64,000 nt of DNA, taken from the NCBI GenBank assembly GCA_964547465.1, contig CAZJNI010000004.1, forward strand, positions 19,927 through 83,926, in the 5' to 3' direction. The notes under the pieces are model-generated. The model searched no databases. It saw only the letters and a list, made by a program, of their open reading frames with translations, and was not told the DNA's origin. Position 1 is the stretch's first letter, and every line of letters begins with the position of its first letter. A program made the translations under genes and the position numbers. The stretch comes from an uncultured Gammaproteobacteria bacterium (GTDB lineage Bacteria; Patescibacteriota; Microgenomatia; Daviesbacterales; UBA10151). This document shows positions 58,015-64,000 of this stretch, piece by piece.

Positions 58015-59874
58015 CTATTGATATCCTTTTGCTTGTAGATTAAATAAGGTAGCATATTGGCCATTTAGTTTCATTAACTGCTGATGAGAACCTGATTCTA
58101 CAATTTGTCCGTTATCAATTACATAAATCTTATCTGCATTCCTGACTGTAGAGAATCTGTGAGAAATAATAATTACTGTCCTATCTTTAGATAGTTTCTC
58201 AACCCTATTGAAAATTTCCGCTTCTGCTTTAGCGTCAATTGCTGCAGTTGGTTCATCTAATATTAAAATTGGAGCATTTCTAAAAAATCCTCTTGCTAAG
58301 GCAATCTTTTGCCACTGACCAATTGATAACTCCACGCCTCCTTTAAAAGTCCTACCCAGCATTTGCTCATATCCTTGTTCTAATTTCCTGATCATTGGAT
58401 CTGCGCCTGAAGAAACTGCAGCCTCTACCACTTTTTTAATGTCTTCCTTCGCTTGAGTTTTACCAAAGTGAATATTTTCCCGAGCTTTATATTCATATTT
58501 AACAAAATCTTGGAATAGTACCCCTAAAGCTTTATACCAGTCTTTCAAATCAAGTTTTTTTAGATCTATACCATTTATTAATATTTCACCCTGGTCTACG
58601 TCATAAAAACGACAAAGTAGTTTAATAATTGTAGTCTTACCAGACCCATTTTCACCTACTAATGCTATCTTTTCTTTAGGATTAATAGTTAAGTTGAAAT
58701 TCTTAAGTATAGTTTTTTTACTACCAGGATAAGCAAAAGAGACATTTTTGAATTCAATTATGGGAGACTTATAGATATTAATTTTAATTGGTTTCTCGAA
58801 CTGTTTAATTTTGGGAGGAGCATCTAAAACTTCAAATATGGAAGAGGTATATAAACTTTCACTAAAAAGTCTGACTAAGTTTCTAAAAAGTCCACCAATG
58901 CCATTTTGTAAGTTAGTTATAACAGTTGTATAGTAGCTGATGTCGCCTACACTAATTCTTCTGGCTACGGCTTCCAAGACTATAAAAAGCAAAATGCCAA
59001 TAAAAGTAATGCCACTCAAAATATTAAATAAAGAATTAATTCCTAAATATTTAGTTGCTAAGTTTTTATTCTCTTTATACATATCCTCTTGGATATTTTT
59101 TATATCCAGCAAAAATTTCTTTGGTAGTTGAAACAGCCGCATTTCTTTAACATAATCTCTTTCTTGTAGTAAAGAAGATACATACCAGAACTTTTTTCTA
59201 TGAGGACTTTGAGCATCCCAAATACCCCAGGATAACTGCGATTCCTTAATCCTACTTATAAGTTCTGGTATGGCAACAATCAGAACGACTACTATTAAAA
59301 TAGGCGCGAGTGTGGCTAGTATTACTATTGCACCAATAACTTGTATCAACCCCTGAAAAGAAAAAAGCAAATAATCCATTAAATTTAGAGGTCGCCAACT
59401 GTATGCATCCCTTACTTTTTCTAAAGTATTTTTAAATTCACTGTCTTCAAAATAGGCAACATCAAGATTAGATATTTTTGATAAAACTATCTGATATAGA
59501 GAGATTGGAATTTTGGTATATAACAGTCTATGTAGGTAATCCTGTGTTGAAAAAGCCAATGATTGGACTGTATATACTAAAAATGCCACCGCAAAAAGCA
59601 GAATAAACTTACTGAAGTCTATACTACCTTGCGAAATAGATGAAACTACCTGATCGATTACTAATTTGAAAATATAAGCAAAGGCAAACGGTACTAAGGC
59701 AGGGATAGTAACGGCTATGGCATTTGATATGAGAAGCCATTTATCTATAGACCATAGAAGTCCGAGTAGTCTCCAAGATGTAGCTACTGTTTCTCTGAAT
59801 CTGCCTATTTTTTTTAAATAATTGAACTTGAAACTCACAAACTGATGGTAGCACAAATAGCCTCGTTGTAACAT
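58015..59874 (-). CDS. ABC transporter permease/ATP-binding fusion (exporter, MsbA-like)
   Basis: 6-TM domain + NBD with Walker A GENGSGKTT and signature LSIGQ. Confidence 0.8.
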   Translation of the reverse strand: MLQRGYLCYHQFVSFKFNYLKKIGRFRETVATSWRLLGLLWSIDKWLLISNAIAVTIPALVPFAFAYIFKLVIDQVVSSISQGSIDFSKFILLFAVAFLVYTVQSLAFSTQDYLHRLLYTKIPISLYQIVLSKISNLDVAYFEDSEFKNTLEKVRDAYSWRPLNLMDYLLFSFQGLIQVIGAIVILATLAPILIVVVLIVAIPELISRIKESQLSWGIWDAQSPHRKKFWYVSSLLQERDYVKEMRLFQLPKKFLLDIKNIQEDMYKENKNLATKYLGINSLFNILSGITFIGILLFIVLEAVARRISVGDISYYTTVITNLQNGIGGLFRNLVRLFSESLYTSSIFEVLDAPPKIKQFEKPIKINIYKSPIIEFKNVSFAYPGSKKTILKNFNLTINPKEKIALVGENGSGKTTIIKLLCRFYDVDQGEILINGIDLKKLDLKDWYKALGVLFQDFVKYEYKARENIHFGKTQAKEDIKKVVEAAVSSGADPMIRKLEQGYEQMLGRTFKGGVELSIGQWQKIALARGFFRNAPILILDEPTAAIDAKAEAEIFNRVEKLSKDRTVIIISHRFSTVRNADKIYVIDNGQIVESGSHQQLMKLNGQYATLFNLQAKGYQ

Positions 59875-59932
59875 CTTTAGGTATCCTCATTGACAATTTA
59901 TTTATTCATAGGGTATATTAAAAGAGTAACTT

Positions 59933-60400
59933 ATGTATTCGGATTGGGTTGGTCCGGCTATTGCCGGATTATTGGTACTTTGGTTGGGGGTCTTGACTTA
60001 TTTTATTTGGAAACAGGGAAATTTTTTAAAATCTCTTTTTCCAAAGAGTGGAGAAAGAGACATCAGAAAAAAGTTTGAAGAGGTTTTGAAGGTAATTGAT
60101 GGCTTTGATAAAAAGCTTGGAGAAACGAAGATAGAATTATCTGATTTAAGGAAAGAAGGTTTTTCGCACATTAGCCATTTTTGGCTCTTGCGGTATAATC
60201 CTTATGAGGATACAGGAGGAGATCAAAGTTTTTCTGCTGCTTTACTTGATAGGGAGGGTAACGGATTTGTTTTAACAAGCTTGCATGCCAGGTCTGCGAC
60301 GCGGGTTTTTGCAAAAGGAATTGAGAAAGGTAAAGCGCTTAAGTATCAACTGTCAAAAGAGGAAGAAGAAGTTGTAAGAAAAGCGATGGAAGAAAAATGA
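59933..60400 (+). CDS. DUF4446 family protein
   Basis: N-terminal TM then RYNPYEDTGGDQSFSAALLD..GNGFVLTSLH..R..AK block characteristic of DUF4446. Confidence 0.5.
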   Translation: MYSDWVGPAIAGLLVLWLGVLTYFIWKQGNFLKSLFPKSGERDIRKKFEEVLKVIDGFDKKLGETKIELSDLRKEGFSHISHFWLLRYNPYEDTGGDQSFSAALLDREGNGFVLTSLHARSATRVFAKGIEKGKALKYQLSKEEEEVVRKAMEEK

Positions 60401-61578
60401 GTAATATTTTACAAACATTTCAAAAATTAACTAATATACAAAAGACTTTAACGCTAATAATTTTCGCAACAGTTTTGTATAGCGCTTCAACTACACTATC
60501 ACTGTCTCTTTTTAGTAAGTTGATTAAAAACCCAACACCAAAAACTGTAGAGGTAACATCGAAAGTCCCCGGCCCGGCAAATGCAATGGTGGAAGATCCA
60601 AATGAACCAAAGACGGAAATTTGTCCTCTAAATGGTAGTATGCATACCCAAAAAGCTAAAGATTCTTGGAGCAAAAGAAGACCTTTGGCAGTGATGGTTG
60701 AAAATCATTCCGAAGCCAGGCCACAATCAGGTTTATCTTCTGCGGATGTGGTATATGAGGCTGTGGCAGAAGGTGGGATAACCAGGTTTATGGCTTTATT
60801 TTATTGTAATCTTTCTGATGTCCAAGTTGGACCGGTTAGGTCTGCCAGGACTTATTATTTGGATTGGCTGTCTGAATACGATGCTTTATATGCCCATGTT
60901 GGTGGTGCTAATACTCCTGGTCCTGCTGATGCGTTGTCGCAGATCATTAAATATGACATTAAGGATTTGAACCAATTCTCAATTGGCTTTCCGGTTTTTT
61001 GGAGAGATTATCAGAGGTTAGGTCATAGCGTTGCAACAGAGCACACGATGTATTCCACCACTCAAAAACTTTGGGAGGTGGGAGCAAAAAGAGGATGGAC
61101 AAATGTGGATCAGGATAAAGTTTCCTGGGATAAAAACTTCGTTCTTTGGAAATTTAAAGAGGATAAGAGTGGTGGTAATACAAGCAAAATAACAGTTAAC
61201 TTTTGGGAGAGTCAGCCTAGTTATACAGTTGAGTGGGATTATGATGTTTTAACTAACACTTATAAAAGGAAAAATGGAGAGCCTCATATGGATTTGAATA
61301 ACAAAAAACAACTTGAGGCAAAAGTAATTATTATTCAGTTTGAAAAGGAATCTAATGCAAATGATGGTTATCCTGGAAATGTTCATCTGCTCTATGGCAC
61401 AATCGGTTCAGGTAAAGTTTTAGTTTTCCAGGATGGTAATGTTGTGGAAGGAAAATGGACTAAATCGTCTAGGAAGGGAAGAAGCAAATATATTGATTCA
61501 GTCGGAAAAGAGGTTGAACTTAATAGAGGTCAAATTTGGATCCAAACTGTCCCGGAGGGATCAGAGCTAACTTATTGA
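60397..61578 (+). CDS. DUF3048 domain protein (secreted/lipoprotein-like)
   Basis: PLAVMVENHSEARPQSGLSSADVVYEAVAEGGITRFMALF matches DUF3048 N-domain. Confidence 0.5.
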   Translation: MSNILQTFQKLTNIQKTLTLIIFATVLYSASTTLSLSLFSKLIKNPTPKTVEVTSKVPGPANAMVEDPNEPKTEICPLNGSMHTQKAKDSWSKRRPLAVMVENHSEARPQSGLSSADVVYEAVAEGGITRFMALFYCNLSDVQVGPVRSARTYYLDWLSEYDALYAHVGGANTPGPADALSQIIKYDIKDLNQFSIGFPVFWRDYQRLGHSVATEHTMYSTTQKLWEVGAKRGWTNVDQDKVSWDKNFVLWKFKEDKSGGNTSKITVNFWESQPSYTVEWDYDVLTNTYKRKNGEPHMDLNNKKQLEAKVIIIQFEKESNANDGYPGNVHLLYGTIGSGKVLVFQDGNVVEGKWTKSSRKGRSKYIDSVGKEVELNRGQIWIQTVPEGSELTY

Positions 61579-61632
61579 TGAAATCATAACTGCCTAGAAA
61601 GGTGGTGACAGAATAGATCTGTCCAAAATATT

Positions 61633-62223
61633 ATGCTTGAGGAATTATTTGTCTCAAGAGTCCGGGTAAAAATATTGCAGCTTTTTTTAACCAATCCAGC
61701 GGATTCTCTTTTTCATGTCCGGGAGATTGTCAGAAGAGTATCTGAAGAGATTAATGCAGTCAGACGTGAATTGGCAAGAATGGAGAAGTTTGGAATGGTT
61801 TCATCTGAATGGAGAGCTAATAGAAGGCTTTATAAATTCAGAAGAGACTATATTTTTTACAAGGAACTTCTTTCCCTGGTCGCGAAAACTTCTGGACTCG
61901 GAGGCAATTTAGTAAAAAATAAAGGAAAACTTGGTAAAATTAAATTTTCATTTATTTCAACAAGATTTTTGAAAGGTACTCAATCTAGCTCAGAAGATGT
62001 GGATCTTTTAGTTGTCGGGAATATTGTTTTACCTGAACTTCAATCAATAATTGCAGATGAACAAGCAAAAAGGGAAGCTGAAATTAATTATTCATTTATG
62101 GATGAGGCGGAGTTTAAGTTTAGGGTGAAAAGACGTGACCCGTTTATTTTAAGAGTTTTGCTTCAACCAAAAGTGATGCTTTTGGGGGACGAAGACGAAC
62201 TGTTAGAAGGGGTAGCAATATAA
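61633..62223 (+). CDS. Hypothetical protein with N-terminal winged-helix-like region
   Basis: 196 aa; VRVKILQLFL..EIVRRVSEEINAVRRELARMEKFGMV resembles wHTH. Confidence 0.3.
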   Translation: MLEELFVSRVRVKILQLFLTNPADSLFHVREIVRRVSEEINAVRRELARMEKFGMVSSEWRANRRLYKFRRDYIFYKELLSLVAKTSGLGGNLVKNKGKLGKIKFSFISTRFLKGTQSSSEDVDLLVVGNIVLPELQSIIADEQAKREAEINYSFMDEAEFKFRVKRRDPFILRVLLQPKVMLLGDEDELLEGVAI

Positions 62224-62243
62224 TTTTTAGCTAAACTATAGTT

Positions 62244-63536
62244 ATGGCTTCCAGGAAACTTTTGTGGTTCATTGTTTTTATTATTCTGTTTTCAATTTTT
62301 TTTGATCTTCCTAAACTTCCGGAATTAAAAATACTTGATAAAAAAATAAGCCTTGATTTTCCTTTAAAATTAGGGCTTGATCTGCAAGGTGGGACACAGC
62401 TTATTTTGCAAGCTAAGATGGATAAGATAAATCCGCTAGATCGGGATAGTGCCTTGGAATCTGCTAAAAATATTATTGAAAGAAGAGTTAATTTATATGG
62501 CTTATCCGAGACAGTAATTCAAACATCTAAATTAGGAGAAGAGAGAAGAATATTAGTAGAACTTCCAGGATTAAAAAATGCATCTTCTGCTGCAGAGTTG
62601 GTTGGCCAAACAGCACTGTTGGATTTTCGTGAGGTAGATAAGGATGCTTCTCCTTCCAGTATATTAACTTTGGATAATACCAAGGATAGTGGTTTGACTG
62701 GTAAAGATCTTAAAAAAGCTGAAGTTACTTTTGGCTCGTCAGGTCAAAGGACCGGACCACAGGTAGCGTTATCATTTACAGATAATGGAGCAAAAAAATT
62801 TGCTGATATTACCAAAAGAAATATTGGAAAACCTCTGGCTATTTTTTTGGATGATTTATCTATTTATCCTTTTGTTGGAACAGCTCCCATTGTTCAGCAA
62901 GAGATTTTGGGAGGGAATGCAGTAATAACTGGTGATTTTACAACCGCTCAAGCTAAAAATTTGGCAATTCAACTTAATGCAGGAGCCCTGCCTGTGCCAA
63001 TTTTAGTTTTGGAACAAAGATCCATTGGCCCAACTCTTGGGCAAGAGTCTGTTGAGAAAAGTTTAATAGCCGGAGCAATTGGTATTTTAATTGTTATGCT
63101 TTATATGGGCTTTTATTATGGATTTTTAGGTCTTATTGCCGATCTTGCCTTAGTTGTCTATGCTTTGATTGTTTTAGCAATTTTTAAAACCGGGCTTTTC
63201 ATATTGCCACCTGTTACCTTAACCTTGGCCGGAATTGCCGGATTTATATTATCGGTCGGGATGGCAGTGGATGCAAATATTTTAATATTTGAAAGAATGA
63301 AAGAAGAAATCCGCTGGGGGAAAGGTAAAACTTTGGCTTTGGAGCTGGGTTTTAAAAGAGCCTGGTCATCTATTTGGGCTTCAAATGTTTCGTCATTAAT
63401 GACTGCAGCAATTTTGTATGGAATGGGTACTACATTGATTAAAGGTTTTGCCATAACTTTGGCAATTGGAGTTTTGGTATCCATGTTTACAAGCTATGTG
63501 GTAACAAGAACATTTTTAAGATTACTCGTTAAATAA
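62244..63536 (+). CDS. secD: Protein translocase subunit SecD
   Basis: LGLDLQGGTQLILQA motif, 6-TM C-terminal domain. Confidence 0.85.
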   Translation: MASRKLLWFIVFIILFSIFFDLPKLPELKILDKKISLDFPLKLGLDLQGGTQLILQAKMDKINPLDRDSALESAKNIIERRVNLYGLSETVIQTSKLGEERRILVELPGLKNASSAAELVGQTALLDFREVDKDASPSSILTLDNTKDSGLTGKDLKKAEVTFGSSGQRTGPQVALSFTDNGAKKFADITKRNIGKPLAIFLDDLSIYPFVGTAPIVQQEILGGNAVITGDFTTAQAKNLAIQLNAGALPVPILVLEQRSIGPTLGQESVEKSLIAGAIGILIVMLYMGFYYGFLGLIADLALVVYALIVLAIFKTGLFILPPVTLTLAGIAGFILSVGMAVDANILIFERMKEEIRWGKGKTLALELGFKRAWSSIWASNVSSLMTAAILYGMGTTLIKGFAITLAIGVLVSMFTSYVVTRTFLRLLVK

Positions 63537-63537
63537 T

Positions 63538-64000
63538 ATGGCTAAACAATTTAAATCCAGCAAACCTCATTTTGAATATTTAAGGAAAAAATTTGGTCAA
63601 AGGCACAGAAATTTACAAGATAAATTTTGGGATAAACACGGACAGGCCCTAAAACATTTAGCACTAGGTTCATTGGGAGGATTAATATTATTATCTCCCC
63701 CGCAACCTAATTTACCTGCCCCTAATTTAGTTGCCAGTAAAGAAGGCATTTTAGAAGGCTTTGATGAAAATGTTTTACTTGCCTCACAACTTGAAGGTGT
63801 TGTACCTCCTAAGGTACAACCTTTGAGTGACGACGAAGAAAAGAAAGTAATTGAAATATTGTCAAAAAATTTCAATATGAAGGTTTTATCTCAACTTGAG
63901 GGTATAAGATTAAATAGAAATTATGGTTTAATTGGAGGAGAGCAACATTTATATAGATATGCTGGGGATAATTTGTATGCACATGCAGAAACTACAGTTG
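63538..64000 (+). CDS. Hypothetical membrane-anchored protein, 3'-truncated by window end
   Basis: Open frame from ATG 63538 to window end without stops; TM LALGSLGGLILL; not SecF-like. Confidence 0.3.
   Translation, partial: MAKQFKSSKPHFEYLRKKFGQRHRNLQDKFWDKHGQALKHLALGSLGGLILLSPPQPNLPAPNLVASKEGILEGFDENVLLASQLEGVVPPKVQPLSDDEEKKVIEILSKNFNMKVLSQLEGIRLNRNYGLIGGEQHLYRYAGDNLYAHAETTV

Noticed and set aside
63597-63875. 92-aa minus-strand ORF
   Set aside because: Antisense to the open plus-strand frame that starts at 63538 with a plausible signal/TM segment; Cys/Gly-rich nonsense translation.
63538-64000. Considered the partial ORF after secD to be secF
   Set aside because: Translation lacks the SecF TM pattern and conserved motifs; has a single N-terminal hydrophobic segment only.

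Overview
This 64 kb window is AT-rich (roughly 35-38% GC) and is dominated by the bacterial translation and transcription core. It likely comes from a small-genome Patescibacteria/CPR-like bacterium. The evidence for that placement is that rpsE is followed directly by rplO with no rpmD (L30) in between, that rpoB-rpoC sits immediately upstream of rpsL, that there are five polytopic GT-C glycosyltransferases plus a sortase, and that several ribosomal proteins carry lineage-specific extensions.

Gene content, 5' to 3':
- A sortase fragment, ruvX, mltG, a NUDIX hydrolase and a riboflavin-kinase-domain protein.
- rpoB and rpoC.
- A str operon (rpsL-rpsG ... fusA ... tuf) interrupted by a divergent histidine phosphatase, a stand-alone GreA N-terminal-domain-like gene and small hypotheticals.
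- rpsJ, then a 1.6 kb island bounded by dispersed palindromic repeats. The island carries a sigma-70 region-4-only protein, a GIY-YIG nuclease and a PUR-like protein.
- The S10/spc/alpha ribosomal superoperon from rplC to rpsI, including the short genes rpsZ and rpmJ that the ORF track missed.
- A hicAB toxin-antitoxin pair.
- A T-box riboswitch-controlled operon: a novel protein, a class I SAM methyltransferase and a MetE-like protein.
- Cell-envelope genes: a DMT 4-TM protein, a phosphohexomutase and further GT-C genes.
- A SAM-I-like riboswitch upstream of metK.
- An EEP nuclease, tRNA-Pro(GGG), recA-recX, rny, hup, miaA, an AI-2E transporter, rnpB (RNase P RNA) on the minus strand, comM, an ABC exporter, a DUF4446/DUF3048 pair, secD and a partial downstream ORF.

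The most unusual signals:
1. A family of at least seven 73-85 nt palindromic MITE-like elements with termini GTCATTGCGAG...CTCGCAATGAC. One copy is in-frame inside miaA. Others sit at gene junctions or overlap the 5' ends of ORFs.
2. Pervasive 7-nt-periodic tandem repeats of about four units, embedded in coding sequences and at gene junctions.
3. A perfect 163 bp direct repeat that gives L29 and S17 identical 46-aa C-terminal tails and identical CTAG-rich junctions.
4. The T-box-controlled MTase/MetE-like operon.
5. The repeat-bounded island inside the ribosomal cluster.
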